Counted from the first letter of the stretch, positions 51,415 through 62,005 are shown. The stretch is DNA of 64,000 bases from Candidatus Latescibacterota bacterium (GCA_965237525.1 CBDEFO010000003.1:96001-160000), one strand, 5' to 3'. Translations and numbers: made by a program. Notes: generated by a model not told the origin, from the letters alone.

Positions 51415-51597
51415 TTATCCTTTGACTTCTAGGACTTCGACTAGATGGGACACCTTACTTATCATTCCCCTTATCTGGGGAGTATCTTCTTTGAGTACCG
51501 TTCCCCTCAACCTCTTTATCCCCAGAGCCCGCATCGTTCGCTTTTGGGTCTGATTCCTTCCGATTGTGCTTCTTTCCTGTGTTATTCTTAATTTCAA
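51415..51597 (-). CDS. rpmD: 50S ribosomal protein L30
   Basis: RSTIG...ALG...[12 protein letters not shown]; conserved gene position. Confidence 0.95.
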   Translation of the reverse strand: MKLRITQERSTIGRNQTQKRTMRALGIKRLRGTVLKEDTPQIRGMISKVSHLVEVLEVKG

Positions 51598-51609
51598 GGG
51601 CTACGTTCC

Positions 51610-52125
51610 TTATGCTCTATGATGCAATGTCCTCAGGTCAATGTCGCGCTCAAGGGCAACGCTTTCCGGGTCTCTGAGCACCTTCAATGCCTCCATAGTT
51701 GCTTTGGCTGCGTTGTGCGGATTCTTCGACCCCAAAGATTTGCTCAGCACGTTTTGAATCCCTGCAGCTTCCAGGACAGCTCTTATTGATCCTCCTGCTA
51801 TCACACCCGTACCTGGGGAAGCTGGCTTCAAAAACACCTTTCCGGCTCCGAACTTCCCAACGATCCAGTGTGGAATAGTACCGTTCACCAGGGGTATGAT
51901 GTACATATTCTTCTTTGCCGCCTCTGTACCTTTTCTGATCGCCTCTGAAACCTCACCTGCTTTTCCCAATCCCAAGCCTATGTGTCCGTTCTTATCCCCT
52001 ACGACAATTAAAGTGTTGAAGCAGAACCTGCGTCCCCCCTTCCTTACGTGAGCCACCCTATGGATAGGAGGAACTACAGCCTCAACCAATTCTCCCAAAT
52101 CATCTGATTTTACGCGACGCGCCAA
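51610..52125 (-). CDS. rpsE: 30S ribosomal protein S5
   Basis: KGGRRF and [12 protein letters not shown] motifs. Confidence 0.97.
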   Translation of the reverse strand: MARRVKSDDLGELVEAVVPPIHRVAHVRKGGRRFCFNTLIVVGDKNGHIGLGLGKAGEVSEAIRKGTEAAKKNMYIIPLVNGTIPHWIVGKFGAGKVFLKPASPGTGVIAGGSIRAVLEAAGIQNVLSKSLGSKNPHNAAKATMEALKVLRDPESVALERDIDLRTLHHRA

Positions 52126-52257
52126 AACTATTCTCCTTTAGAAGAAAATGAAGTGTTGGGTCAAGATAGTATGGACAAGATTATACACGGCAGAAAGGGA
52201 GAAGGCGTCCTGCTCACTGTCTGACTAGAAAGAATAACTGTTCTAGCGTCTACCTCT

Positions 52258-52632
52258 TTAGAACTCCAAACCGCCTTCCTTTGCACCTTCTGCCAACTCC
52301 TTGATCCTGCCGTGATACAGATATCCACCCCTGTCAAACACAACTTGGGTGATTTTTTGTTCTTGGGCCTTTTCGGCCAGAAGTCTTCCTACTTCTTTAC
52401 TTATTCCACATTTTCCGTTCTCTATTTTATTCATATTCCTGATCTGGGCACACAGGCTCGACACTCCCAAAATCGATCTTCCTTTTGTATCATCTATTAA
52501 CTGAGCCTGGATATTCTTCAGGCTCCTGCTGACTGAGAGCCTCGGCCTTTCAGTTGTTCCGGAAACCTTCCTTCTGATGCGCTTGTGCCTCTTTAGTCTT
52601 GCGAGCGTCCTTTTGATATTCTTATCCTTCAA
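52258..52632 (-). CDS. rplR: 50S ribosomal protein L18
   Basis: RPRLSV and VFDRGGYLYHGR motifs. Confidence 0.97.
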   Translation of the reverse strand: MKDKNIKRTLARLKRHKRIRRKVSGTTERPRLSVSRSLKNIQAQLIDDTKGRSILGVSSLCAQIRNMNKIENGKCGISKEVGRLLAEKAQEQKITQVVFDRGGYLYHGRIKELAEGAKEGGLEF

Positions 52633-52643
52633 TCCTATCTCCT

Positions 52644-53228
52644 TTATATTGCAGTCTTGCCAGCTTTCCGTCGTACGAACTCACCGTCGTACCTGATTCC
52701 CTTCCCTTTGTATGGCTCAGGTGGTCTCAAGAATCGGATATTCGCTGCCGTTTGACCTACTACCTCTTTGTCTATGCCACGGACGGTGATAATTGTGACT
52801 GTGCCCTCCACCTCACCACCTACTATATTCAGCTGACTGGGACTTGCTGTTTGGACCTCAAATTCGATGTCGTCAGGGGCGAGAACTGTGACCGGGTGGG
52901 AAAACCCTAATAGGAGCCTCAAGTTTTTTCCCTCTACGTCGGCTCTATATCCTATTCCTATCACATGGAGTTTCCTTTCAAATCCCTGAGTGACCCCAAA
53001 GACAGCGTTTGCCACCAAGGAGCGAGTCAGTCCCTGGAGCGCCTTCCCTGCTCTATCGTCAGAACGAGGGTAAACCTCGACTCGACCGTCCTTAAGCTTA
53101 AGCTCCACTTTGCTGTTCAACTTTACGGTCAACTCACCCTTTGGTCCCCTGACCATAGCCCGATCTTTGTCTACGTTTAAACTCACTCCCTGGGGAATAT
53201 CGACAGGTTTTTTGCCTATCCGCGACAC
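52644..53228 (-). CDS. rplF: 50S ribosomal protein L6
   Basis: GTG start SRIGKKP after an AAGGA RBS; RPPEPYKGKGIRY motif. Confidence 0.97.
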   Translation of the reverse strand: MSRIGKKPVDIPQGVSLNVDKDRAMVRGPKGELTVKLNSKVELKLKDGRVEVYPRSDDRAGKALQGLTRSLVANAVFGVTQGFERKLHVIGIGYRADVEGKNLRLLLGFSHPVTVLAPDDIEFEVQTASPSQLNIVGGEVEGTVTIITVRGIDKEVVGQTAANIRFLRPPEPYKGKGIRYDGEFVRRKAGKTAI

Positions 53229-53244
53229 TGAAATATCCTTTCTC

Positions 53245-53366
53245 GGGGTCCCCAAAAAGTCGGCGTGGGCACTGCGTGCATTTCTACTACCCCTTTCCGT
53301 GTGTAGTGACGAGTACGCGATGACAAAGCGCGGAGCGCACGAAGTGAGCGAAGAACTTTCTGGGGC
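53245..53366. repeat. Family-C intergenic element
   Basis: ggggtccccaaaaagt...gaactttctggggc with imperfectly inverted ends; similar to 48614-48759. Confidence 0.6.
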
Positions 53367-53377
53367 GAAAAGTAATA

Positions 53378-53776
53378 TCACCAGACAAAGCAGAGGACCT
53401 CCCCCCCCACTTTGGCCAATCTCGCCTCCCTGTCCGTCATCAGACCCTTAGAAGTGGACAGAATAGCTATTCCCAGTCCGTCTAAGACTCTGGGTATCTC
53501 TCTCCTTGTGACGTACTTTCTCAGCCCCGGCTTGCTAATCCTTTCAATTCCTCTTATTATGCTTTCGCCCTCGGAGTTGTACCTAAGATATATCCTCAAA
53601 ACGCCCTGCTTCTTGTCCTCAGCGTAGATGTAATTTTCGATAAACTTATTATCTTTTAGTGTCCTGGCTATCTCTCTTTTCAGCTTGGACGCAGGCATGT
53701 CCACCCTCTTGTATCCAGCTCTCCAAGCGTTCCTTATGCGGGTCAACATATCGGCGATAGGGTCGGTCATAGACAT
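53378..53776 (-). CDS. rpsH: 30S ribosomal protein S8
   Basis: DPIADMLTRIRNA and SKPGLR motifs. Confidence 0.98.
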   Translation of the reverse strand: MSMTDPIADMLTRIRNAWRAGYKRVDMPASKLKREIARTLKDNKFIENYIYAEDKKQGVLRIYLRYNSEGESIIRGIERISKPGLRKYVTRREIPRVLDGLGIAILSTSKGLMTDREARLAKVGGEVLCFVW

Positions 53777-53854
53777 AGAGATCGTCCTCTATTTGAGAAG
53801 TTCCGTTTAAGCTTAACTACCATGTTGACTATTTCTGAATCTGTCTACATAAAC

Positions 53855-54040
53855 TTACCAGCTTGCTTTGGTAACTCCAGGGATTTCCCCCTCCAGGGCG
53901 AGTTCCCTGAAGCATATGCGGCATATCCTAAACTTCCTCATATAGCCCCTTGGCCTGCCGCATCTTATGCATCTGTTTCGATGCCGCGTGCTGAACTTGG
54001 GCTTTCTTTTTGCTTTGACCATGAAAGCCTTACTTGCCAT
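53855..54040 (-). CDS. rpsN: 30S ribosomal protein S14, type Z (Zn-binding)
   Basis: CIRCGR...CRICFRE...KASW. Confidence 0.97.
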   Translation of the reverse strand: MASKAFMVKAKRKPKFSTRHRNRCIRCGRPRGYMRKFRICRICFRELALEGEIPGVTKASW

Positions 54041-54055
54041 AAGAAACCCTCTATT

Positions 54056-54598
54056 TTAAGCCCTAAAGGGCATTTTGAATTCTCTTAAGAGCTCGAACGC
54101 TTCCTCATCGATCCGAGCCGTGGTCACAATAGTAATATCCATACCGCGGATCTTATCTATCTTATCGTAGTCTATTTCGGGAAAGATGATCTGCTCTAAT
54201 ATTCCTATGGAGTAGTTTCCTCTTCCGTCTAAAGAGCCAGAAGACACACCTCTAAAGTCCCTTATCCTCGGCATAGTGAAAGTCAAAAGACGGTCCAGGA
54301 ACTCATACATCCTATCTCCCCTTAAAGTCACTTTACATCCTATGTTCATGCCTTTTCTCAGCTTGAAATTGGATACTGACTTTTTGGATTTCCGTAGAAT
54401 AGGCTTCTGACCGCTGATGATCGTCATATCTGCCACTGCTTTTTCTAAGGCTTTTGAATTTCCAATTGCCTCTCCCACGCCCATATTCAAGACAATCTTC
54501 TCTATACGGGGAACTTGCATTCTATTCTTGAAACCGAACCTTTCCATCAGAGCTGGAACTATCTTATTATCATAGAACTCTTTCAATCTTACTGACAC
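54056..54598 (-). CDS. rplE: 50S ribosomal protein L5
   Basis: [18 protein letters not shown] and RGMDITIVT motifs. Confidence 0.98.
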   Translation of the reverse strand: MSVRLKEFYDNKIVPALMERFGFKNRMQVPRIEKIVLNMGVGEAIGNSKALEKAVADMTIISGQKPILRKSKKSVSNFKLRKGMNIGCKVTLRGDRMYEFLDRLLTFTMPRIRDFRGVSSGSLDGRGNYSIGILEQIIFPEIDYDKIDKIRGMDITIVTTARIDEEAFELLREFKMPFRA

Positions 54599-54615
54599 AG
54601 TCTATACCCTCTCCT

Positions 54616-54933
54616 TTAGGCTGAACTGATCATCTCATCGCACTTTCTGCATACCCTTGCCCTCTTTCCACTGCTCAAAACCGAAACTCCGGGACTTACC
54701 CTACTGTCACACTTGGGGCACACCAACATCAGATTTGATACCTGCACAGATGCCTCTTTTTCCAATATTCCTCCCTGCTGAGTCCCTCTGGCTTTGGTGT
54801 GCCGCTTTATAAAGTTTACTCCTTCAACTATAGCTCTTCCTTTTTTGGGAAAGACCTTAAGGATAGTTCCTCTTTTACCTATATCTTCCCCTGCTATCAC
54901 TTCGACCCTGTCGTCTTTTCTGATCTTAATCAC
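54616..54933 (-). CDS. rplX: 50S ribosomal protein L24
   Basis: KOW motif, VEGVN and SNLMLVCPKC. Confidence 0.97.
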   Translation of the reverse strand: MIKIRKDDRVEVIAGEDIGKRGTILKVFPKKGRAIVEGVNFIKRHTKARGTQQGGILEKEASVQVSNLMLVCPKCDSRVSPGVSVLSSGKRARVCRKCDEMISSA

Positions 54934-54954
54934 CTTTGAAGACCTCCAGAATCC

Positions 54955-55323
54955 TTAGATGACCTCCGACGCCAAAGATATGATCCTCATATAGCGCTTC
55001 TCCCTGAGCTCTCTTGCAACAGGTCCAAATATTCTTGTTCCTCTCGGTTCCCCCTGACCGTCTATCAAAACAGCGGCGTTGTCGTCGAACCTTATATACG
55101 ATCCGTCGTTCCTTCTTGTCTCTTTTCGGGTTCTAACCACCACAGCCCTCCCGACTTCTCCACTTTTGACTGTCCCGTCTGGTATGGCGTCCTTGACTAC
55201 CACTACAACGACGTCTCCGACACGCGCATAGCGCTTTTTAGATCCTCCCAATACCCTTATGCACATGGCTGTCCTTGCACCGGTGTTATCCGCAATCCTT
55301 AATCTTGTGTACTCACGTATCAT
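54955..55323 (-). CDS. rplN: 50S ribosomal protein L14
   Basis: ADNTGA, FDDNAAV and [12 protein letters not shown] motifs. Confidence 0.98.
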   Translation of the reverse strand: MIREYTRLRIADNTGARTAMCIRVLGGSKKRYARVGDVVVVVVKDAIPDGTVKSGEVGRAVVVRTRKETRRNDGSYIRFDDNAAVLIDGQGEPRGTRIFGPVARELREKRYMRIISLASEVI

Positions 55324-55350
55324 TCTTTGGGGCCCCGACAAAAAGACGCG

Positions 55351-55605
55351 CTATTTCGACTTTACGACAATATCTAGCAAGCGCCACCTTTTAGTCTTGC
55401 TCAAAGGTCGCGTTTCCATTACGCGTACAGTATCTCCAACTTTCGCTGAGTTTTCCTCATCGTGCACGTTCAGCTTTTTGCGACGCCTTATGACTTTCTC
55501 ATAGACAGGATGCCTTATGGTCCTTTCTACCTCAACCATAATTGTCTTATCGGCTTTGTCGCCCAGTACTTTTCCTACTGCAGTTTTCCTGTGTCCTCGC
55601 TCCAA
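55351..55605 (-). CDS. rpsQ: 30S ribosomal protein S17
   Basis: HPVYEK and [11 protein letters not shown] motifs. Confidence 0.97.
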   Translation of the reverse strand: MERGHRKTAVGKVLGDKADKTIMVEVERTIRHPVYEKVIRRRKKLNVHDEENSAKVGDTVRVMETRPLSKTKRWRLLDIVVKSK

Positions 55606-55608
55606 ACT

Positions 55609-55857
55609 TTAGCCCTCCTCTCCCACGACAGGTTCAGATTCGGAGGATGAAGATGCAAGTTTCCTTATTCCCAGCTTATGCTCGTGGATAATAGTCGTAA
55701 GCCTTGCCACATCGCGTCTGACCTGTCTAATCCTTAAGGGGTTGTCCAGCTGTTTCGTCACTAACTGAAACTTCAAATTGGTAAGCTCCTCCTGAGAGTC
55801 TTGGAGTTGTCTTTCTGCCTCCTCCAAGGTCATATCTCTGATTTGGGAAGCTTTCAT
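55609..55857 (-). CDS. rpmC: 50S ribosomal protein L29
   Basis: LKFQ...QLDNP...RRDVAR; conserved gene position. Confidence 0.95.
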   Translation of the reverse strand: MKASQIRDMTLEEAERQLQDSQEELTNLKFQLVTKQLDNPLRIRQVRRDVARLTTIIHEHKLGIRKLASSSSESEPVVGEEG

Positions 55858-56273
55858 CAGTCCCATTCACCTCTTTCAACGAACTTAGTCTTAATAGGGA
55901 GCTTGTGGCCGGCAAGTCTTACTGCTTCTTTAGCTAATTCTCTGTCGACTCCTTCGATCTCAAACATAATTCTTCCGGGCTTTACCACGGCCACCCAGTG
56001 ATCAGGCGATCCTTTGCCTTTTCCCATTCTTGTCTCAGCTGGCTTGACCGTCACAGGCTTATCGGGGAATATCCTTCTCCACACCTTGCCGCCCCTGCTC
56101 ATATGCCTTGTTATGGCTACCCTTGCCGCCTCTATCTGGCGGTTGGTGACCCACCCCGGTTCTATGGCCTGGATCCCGTACTCTCCGAAGGAGATATTTA
56201 CACCCCTTGACTCTTTACCCTTCATCCTGCCCCTTTGCTGCTTTCTCCATTTCACTCTTTTAGGCATTAACAT
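55857..56273 (-). CDS. rplP: 50S ribosomal protein L16
   Basis: [11 protein letters not shown] and RMGKGKG motifs. Confidence 0.98.
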   Translation of the reverse strand: MLMPKRVKWRKQQRGRMKGKESRGVNISFGEYGIQAIEPGWVTNRQIEAARVAITRHMSRGGKVWRRIFPDKPVTVKPAETRMGKGKGSPDHWVAVVKPGRIMFEIEGVDRELAKEAVRLAGHKLPIKTKFVERGEWD

Positions 56274-56337
56274 ATTTTAGTCCTTAAAGAATCACGAAGT
56301 GCCAAAGATCACTTCCAACAGAACTGATCTTAAAGCA

Positions 56338-57003
56338 TTAAGAATCCCCGCTGCTTTCGGGAACTGGGGAGGGTTTTAAGATCTCACCGTGACATATCCA
56401 TACCTTCACACCGGTGGTTCCCGATTTTGTAAATGCCGTGGATCTGGAGAAATCTATATCTGCCCTCAGCGTGTGGAGAGGGACCCTTCCCTCCAATTCC
56501 TGTTCCCTACGCGCTATCTCTATGTTCCCCAAACGCCCAGCGCATTCGATCCTGATCCCTTCGGCTCCCATACGCATAGCTGATAGAACAGCCCTTTTCA
56601 TAGCCCTTTTCACAGACACCCTCTGTTCGAGCTGACGGGCTATGTTGTCTGCTACCAACTTTGCGTCTAACTCAGGCGACTTTATCTCCTGAATGGCTAT
56701 ATATATATCTTTGTCTGTGATGTGCCTAAGCTCATCCCGCAGCTTGTCCACCTCAGCCCCTTTCCTGCCTATCACGATCCCCGGCCTTGCGGTGTGAATG
56801 TTTATTGTGACTCTTTTAGGTGCCCTTTCGATCTCGATAGTCGAAATCCCCGCCCTTTGAAGTCTGCTCTGTACGTACTTTCTGAGCATTATATCTTCCT
56901 CAAGAAGATCTGCAAAGTTCCCCTCTTCTGACGGAAACCATCTGGACTTCCAGTCCTTAACTATCCCGAGTCTTAATCCTATAGGATTTGTCTTTTGTCC
57001 CAA
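56338..57003 (-). CDS. rpsC: 30S ribosomal protein S3
   Basis: [12 protein letters not shown] and [13 protein letters not shown] motifs. Confidence 0.98.
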   Translation of the reverse strand: MGQKTNPIGLRLGIVKDWKSRWFPSEEGNFADLLEEDIMLRKYVQSRLQRAGISTIEIERAPKRVTINIHTARPGIVIGRKGAEVDKLRDELRHITDKDIYIAIQEIKSPELDAKLVADNIARQLEQRVSVKRAMKRAVLSAMRMGAEGIRIECAGRLGNIEIARREQELEGRVPLHTLRADIDFSRSTAFTKSGTTGVKVWICHGEILKPSPVPESSGDS

Positions 57004-57056
57004 TGTGCATCTCCTTATAAAGCTAGTAGACAGGCCATCTCATCCCCTCCCCTATG

Positions 57057-57243
57057 CCCGACCCCAATAGATTTAATTGTGGGCTCAATCGGGGATTACT
57101 TCGGTTTTCCCTCCTAGCAATGAAATGACAAAAGGCAAGAGCAGGTCATAACTGAAGGTCTCACCAGTGAGCAGACTGTCAGTTTGAACCAAGGCCCAGA
57201 GTCTTCATCCCAGAGTGCAGCCAAGGGTCTGCGAAGCAATCTC
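57057..57243. repeat. Composite family-A and family-B repeat in the rplV-rpsC gap
   Basis: cccgaccccaatagatttaattgtgggctcaatcgggga, then gattacttcgg...ctagcaatga...cgaagcaatctc. Confidence 0.7.
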
Positions 57244-57322
57244 ACTATAGACTGCATTGGCCTGTATGTTATCTTCTTTTTTGGATTTCTATAATTTTGT
57301 CCAGACGATTTTGATCCGATAC

Positions 57323-57673
57323 TTAATCAGCAACCTTATCTGATATTACCACAGTAATATGACTAGATCTTTTCCTTATTCTTGTTGACATTCCTCTGGC
57401 CCTTGGGCGTATCCTTTTGAGCGTTACGCCTGCGTCCACGTATGCTTCTTTAATTACAAGGTCTTCCAGATTCACGTCAACCTCCCTGTCGCTTTGCATG
57501 GCGTTTCCTATAGCACTCCTTATTACCTTCTCTATTAGTTTTGCTGCGCGTTTAGGTGAAAAGTGAAGGATGTTTAAAGCGTCCTCGACTCTTTCCCCGT
57601 GGACTAAGTCCATCACCTGTCTGACTTTTCTTGGTGATATGCGTATAAATCTTTCCTTGGCCTTTGCCTCCAT
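57323..57673 (-). CDS. rplV: 50S ribosomal protein L22
   Basis: ISPRKVR and RPRARG...RSSHITV motifs. Confidence 0.97.
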   Translation of the reverse strand: MEAKAKERFIRISPRKVRQVMDLVHGERVEDALNILHFSPKRAAKLIEKVIRSAIGNAMQSDREVDVNLEDLVIKEAYVDAGVTLKRIRPRARGMSTRIRKRSSHITVVISDKVAD

Positions 57674-57776
57674 CTGATATACCCTCACCGCCTAAACTGC
57701 AGTAGAAGGAGGCGTTGCCTCTCGTCCTTGTGTGTCGTCTACTTGCAGTTGCCTTTCGCTTTTGTTGTCCACTTGT

Positions 57777-58064
57777 TTATTTGAGGGACGTGGACCTTTC
57801 GGTTATTCTCCCTGTATGTCCCCGGTAGGTCCTTGTGGGAGCAAATTCCCCCAACTTATATCCAACCATACTCTCGGTTATATAAACAGGCATAAACTTA
57901 TTACCATTGTACACTCCAAGGGTATGTCCCACAAAGTCAGGAGATATAGTGGATCTTCTGGACCACGTTTTGATAACTCTTTTTGCTCCTGTCCTGTTCA
58001 TTTCATCTATCTTCTTTTTCAGGCTGTCATCTATAAAGGGACCCTTTTTAACCGATCTGGGCAT
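57777..58064 (-). CDS. rpsS: 30S ribosomal protein S19
   Basis: [15 protein letters not shown] and KLGEFAPTR motifs. Confidence 0.98.
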   Translation of the reverse strand: MPRSVKKGPFIDDSLKKKIDEMNRTGAKRVIKTWSRRSTISPDFVGHTLGVYNGNKFMPVYITESMVGYKLGEFAPTRTYRGHTGRITERSTSLK

Positions 58065-58067
58065 AAT

Positions 58068-58892
58068 CTATTTCCTTCTCCTAACGATAAGATCATCTGA
58101 CTTCTTGTTAGGTTTTCTTGTTTTATAACCCTTGGTAGGTTTACCCCACGGCGTCATCGGAGGACGCCCTCCTTTGCTCTTACCTTCGCCTCCTCCTTGG
58201 GGATGATCTATGGGGTTCATGGCCGCACCCCTGACTTTGGGCCGCTTTCCGAGCCAGCGCGACCTTCCAGCCTTGCCAACGGTAATAATCTCGTGATCTA
58301 GGTTGCCGACCTGTCCCACAGTTGCATAGCACGTTACATCCACCACCCTTATTTCTCCGGAAGGCAGCTTCAGGTGCGCCCATCTTCCCTCTTTAGCCAT
58401 CAATTGAACCTGTGACCCTGCCCCCCTTGCTATCTGTCCTCCTTTGCCCCTTGCTAGTTCAATGTTGTGAAGTGCCATTCCCAGGGGGATGTTCTGTAGA
58501 GGTAGGGCGTTTCCCGGGCTTAGTGGAGCGTCAGGGCCCGACATTATCCTATCTCCTACCTTCAACCCTAAGGGGGCCAGGATATATCTTTTCTCTCCAT
58601 CAGCATACGCTAAGAGGGCTATCCTTGCCGAGCGATTCGGATCGTATTCAATCGCCTGCACACAAGCAGGAACTCCGTCCTTATCCCTTTTGAAATCTAT
58701 AATCCGATAGTGCCTTTTGTGGCCTCCTCCTCTCCTCCTCATAGTTATCTTGCCCCTGTTGTTCCTGCCTGCTGAACTCTTCAAGGGCGAACATAGCCGT
58801 CTTTCTGGATTAGTCTTTGTGATTTCCTCAAAGGAAGATACAGTTGCCCACCTCTGTGTCGGTGTTGTTGGCCTTAAAGTTTTGATTGCCAA
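58068..58892 (-). CDS. rplB: 50S ribosomal protein L2
   Basis: EYDPNRSA and [13 protein letters not shown] motifs; TTG start. Confidence 0.98.
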   Translation of the reverse strand: MAIKTLRPTTPTQRWATVSSFEEITKTNPERRLCSPLKSSAGRNNRGKITMRRRGGGHKRHYRIIDFKRDKDGVPACVQAIEYDPNRSARIALLAYADGEKRYILAPLGLKVGDRIMSGPDAPLSPGNALPLQNIPLGMALHNIELARGKGGQIARGAGSQVQLMAKEGRWAHLKLPSGEIRVVDVTCYATVGQVGNLDHEIITVGKAGRSRWLGKRPKVRGAAMNPIDHPQGGGEGKSKGGRPPMTPWGKPTKGYKTRKPNKKSDDLIVRRRK

Positions 58893-58893
58893 T

Positions 58894-59187
58894 TTATACT
58901 CCTCCAAAAATTTCTATAGTATTTCCGCCTTGGAGCGTCACTATGGCCTTTTTCCAATTCGGTCTCCTGCCTTCGGACCTCATCCCTAACCTCTTCAACT
59001 TCCCTCTCATAGACATAGTCCTGACTCTTGTCACTTTCACATCGAATATCTCTTCCACCGCCTGTTTGATCTGTAGCTTATTTGCTTTTTTGTCCACTTC
59101 GAACAGATATTTATTCTCTTCCGTCCTCAGCGCCGTCCCCTTCTCTGTTATCAGAGGGCGACGAATTACCCATCTCAGATCGTTCAT
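58894..59187 (-). CDS. rplW: 50S ribosomal protein L23
   Basis: [17 protein letters not shown] and WKKAIVTL motifs. Confidence 0.97.
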   Translation of the reverse strand: MNDLRWVIRRPLITEKGTALRTEENKYLFEVDKKANKLQIKQAVEEIFDVKVTRVRTMSMRGKLKRLGMRSEGRRPNWKKAIVTLQGGNTIEIFGGV

Positions 59188-59815
59188 CAGATAGGATCTC
59201 CCGTAGCTTTTCAAGTCCCTTTTGTGTAAATACTACTAAATCGGCCTGTAAGACATCCCACGTGCAGAGGCTATCTGCCTGTTTTAGTTTCAAGCCCTGT
59301 ATGTTCCTGCAGGACTTTACCAACTCAGAAGAGGCCATATCCTCCAGGAGGAGCACCTTTTGACGCTCAGAAAGCCCCATAGCATTCAACAACCCTATCA
59401 CTATCTTCGTCTTGGGCCCGGAAAGCACAATATCCTCTATGATCGAGATCTTGTCCTCCTGGACTTTCAGCGACAGGGCTGACTTGAGGGCCAGCCTTCT
59501 GACCTTCTTTGGTACTCTTTGTCTGTATGACCGTGGGCCAGGCCCGAAGATAGTCCCTCCGCCTACACGGATCGGAGACCTTGCGCTGCCTGTCCTTGCC
59601 CTTCCTGTGCCTTTCTGTTTGTAGAGCTTCCTGCCTGAAGCGGTTACTCTTGCCCTGTTCTTCGTGGACGCTGTCCCCTGCCTTTGATTGGCAAGATAGG
59701 CTACCACAGACTGATAGATAGCTGGCTCTGAGGCCTTTATGTTAAAGATGCCATCTGAGACCTCGGCGGTTCCCGAAAGAGTCCCGTCTTTAGTGTAAGT
59801 TTTTATTTCTGCCAT
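59111..59815 (-). CDS. rplD: 50S ribosomal protein L4 (reads through into rplW)
   Basis: [16 protein letters not shown] and GGGTIFGP motifs. Confidence 0.96.
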   Translation of the reverse strand: MAEIKTYTKDGTLSGTAEVSDGIFNIKASEPAIYQSVVAYLANQRQGTASTKNRARVTASGRKLYKQKGTGRARTGSARSPIRVGGGTIFGPGPRSYRQRVPKKVRRLALKSALSLKVQEDKISIIEDIVLSGPKTKIVIGLLNAMGLSERQKVLLLEDMASSELVKSCRNIQGLKLKQADSLCTWDVLQADLVVFTQKGLEKLREILSDERSEMGNSSPSDNREGDGAEDGRE

Positions 59816-59834
59816 GTCGGCTCTCGATCTAACT

Positions 59835-60452
59835 CTATTTCCTTATAGAGACGTAACTGTTTCTGGCCCCCGGCACAGCGCCAGAAAGAAAGAGCAGATT
59901 CGTCCCTTCATCCACCCCAATAACCTCTAAATTCTTCACAGTCACCTTTTGGTTTCCCATTCTCCCGGGCATCCTTGTGCCTTTAAAAACTCTCGCCGGG
60001 AAGGAACTTCCGCCTACAGATCCTGGCGCCCTCCATCTGTCCGATTGACCGTGAGTTTTAGGACCTCCTTTGAATCCATGTCTCTTGACAACTCCTGCAA
60101 ATCCCTTGCCCTTGGAAGTCCCTGTCACCTTTACCTTATCTCCAGCCTTGAAGATGTCCACCTTCAGTTCTCCTCCGACATCGTACTTATCCCCGTCCTC
60201 AATCGGGAACTCCTGAAGGACTCTCAAAGGATCAAGACGAGCTGCACGGAAGATGCCGTTCAAAGGCTTATTTACCTTCCTTTCGGGTATCTTCTCAAAA
60301 CCCAGTTGTACAGCATCATATCCATCCCTTTTTGCATTCTTGACCTGAACCACATAGCAGGGACCCGCCCGGATAACGGTTATGGGCACGAGGTTACCCT
60401 TTAAATCGAATATCTGAGTCATCCCGATCTTTTTCCCTATGATGCCGTTCAT
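59835..60452 (-). CDS. rplC: 50S ribosomal protein L3
   Basis: GKKIGMTQIF, SKGKGFAG and GAVPG motifs. Confidence 0.98.
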   Translation of the reverse strand: MNGIIGKKIGMTQIFDLKGNLVPITVIRAGPCYVVQVKNAKRDGYDAVQLGFEKIPERKVNKPLNGIFRAARLDPLRVLQEFPIEDGDKYDVGGELKVDIFKAGDKVKVTGTSKGKGFAGVVKRHGFKGGPKTHGQSDRWRAPGSVGGSSFPARVFKGTRMPGRMGNQKVTVKNLEVIGVDEGTNLLFLSGAVPGARNSYVSIRK

Positions 60453-60467
60453 TCATCCTCCGTAATA

Positions 60468-60782
60468 TCAGTTGATCACCTTAATACCTATGTCCACACC
60501 TGCAGGAAGGTCCAGCTTCATCAAGGCATCCACAGTCTGAGGTGTGGAGTCGTAGATGTCGATCAATCTTTTGTGCACCTTGATCTCAAACTGCTCGCGG
60601 GACTTTTTATCTATATGAGGACTCCTTAGTACGGTGTAAAGGGTCCTCTTTGTGGGAAGCGGAATGGGGCCCGCAAGCGTAGAACCGCTCCTTTTTACCG
60701 TCCTTGCTATCTCATCAGCCGAACGATCCAGGGTCACATGATCGTAAGCCTTAAGCCTTATCCGTATCTTCTGAGTGGGCAC
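60468..60782 (-). CDS. rpsJ: 30S ribosomal protein S10
   Basis: [16 protein letters not shown] and [14 protein letters not shown] motifs. Confidence 0.98.
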   Translation of the reverse strand: MPTQKIRIRLKAYDHVTLDRSADEIARTVKRSGSTLAGPIPLPTKRTLYTVLRSPHIDKKSREQFEIKVHKRLIDIYDSTPQTVDALMKLDLPAGVDIGIKVIN

Positions 60783-60792
60783 TCGGATCTCC

Positions 60793-61986
60793 TTACTCTA
60801 AAACCTTTGTTACCACGCCTGCGCCTATGGTTCTCCCGCCCTCGCGGATAGCAAACCTGAGTTCCTGCTCCATAGCGATGGGCTTCTCCTCCAGATCCAC
60901 AGACATCGTGACGTCGTCTCCGGGCATGATCATCTCAACACCCTCAGGGAGCTGGACAACTCCTGTCACATCGGTTGTTCTGAAGTAGAACTGCGGGCGG
61001 TATCCGGAAAAGAAGGGCTTTTCCCTTCCACCTTCTTTTGCGTTCAATATGTACACCGAAGCTTCGAAACTCGTGTGAGGTGTTATGCTTCCCGGATCCG
61101 CGATCACCATACCTCTTTCTAGTTCTTCCTTATCCACGCCCCTTAAAAGGAGACCGACGTTATCTCCGGCGATGCCTTGATCCAGAATCTTTCTGAACAT
61201 CTCTACACCCGTCACTACCGATTTTCTCGTCTCCCTCAGCCCTACAATTTCCACCTCATCTTGAACATTAATCGTGCCTCTTTCTACCCTCCCTGTTCCG
61301 ACAGTTCCCCTACCTGTGATGCTGAAGACATCCTCAACAGGCATCAAGAATGGTAGATCCACGTCCCTTTCTGGAACCGGGATATATTCATCCACAGCAG
61401 CCAACAGCTCGTCTATACACTGTGTATTCTCGTTGTCCTCTTCCGCCTCCACGGCCAAAAGCGCAGAGCCTCTTATCACGGGGATCTCGTCTCCTGGAAA
61501 CTCGTACTCGCTCAAAAGTTCCCTTGTCTCCAGTTCCACCAGCTCTAAAAGGTCAGGATCATCGACCATATCTACCTTATTGAGGAACACTACGATATAC
61601 GGCACGTTCACCTGGCGTGCCAGAAGGATATGCTCCCTTGTCTGAATCATGGGCCCATCTGCTGCTGATACGACCACGACAGCTCCGTCCATTTGAGCGG
61701 CACCCGTGATCATGTTCTTGATATAATCCCTGTGGCCAGGACAGTCAACGTGGGCATAGTGCCTCTTTTCTGTCTGGTACTCCACGTGGGAAATCGCGAT
61801 AGTGATGCCTCTTTCCTTCTCCTCCGGAGCCTTGTCAATCTCTTCGAAGGGGGTGTAATCGGCAAGTCCCTTTCTGGCCAAGACCTTCGTTATAGCAGCC
61901 GTTAAGGTCGTCTTTCCGTGGTCTATGTGGCCGATTGTGCCGATGTTCAGATGGGGCTTTGTCCTTTCAAACGTTTCCTTTGCCAT
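60793..61986 (-). CDS. tuf: Elongation factor Tu
   Basis: [18 protein letters not shown] and FAIREGG motifs. Confidence 0.99.
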   Translation of the reverse strand: MAKETFERTKPHLNIGTIGHIDHGKTTLTAAITKVLARKGLADYTPFEEIDKAPEEKERGITIAISHVEYQTEKRHYAHVDCPGHRDYIKNMITGAAQMDGAVVVVSAADGPMIQTREHILLARQVNVPYIVVFLNKVDMVDDPDLLELVELETRELLSEYEFPGDEIPVIRGSALLAVEAEEDNENTQCIDELLAAVDEYIPVPERDVDLPFLMPVEDVFSITGRGTVGTGRVERGTINVQDEVEIVGLRETRKSVVTGVEMFRKILDQGIAGDNVGLLLRGVDKEELERGMVIADPGSITPHTSFEASVYILNAKEGGREKPFFSGYRPQFYFRTTDVTGVVQLPEGVEMIMPGDDVTMSVDLEEKPIAMEQELRFAIREGGRTIGAGVVTKVLE

Positions 61987-62005
61987 CCTTAACCCTCCTT
62001 AAGGA

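Noticed and set aside
53229..53381. N-terminal ORF-track extensions of rplF (also galT, hxlA, SDR 27431, CNNM 17932, GH57 14472, rplN, rplW)
   Set aside because: They run through repeats or upstream genes. Downstream starts match the family N-termini, and most have a clear RBS or overlap the upstream stop.
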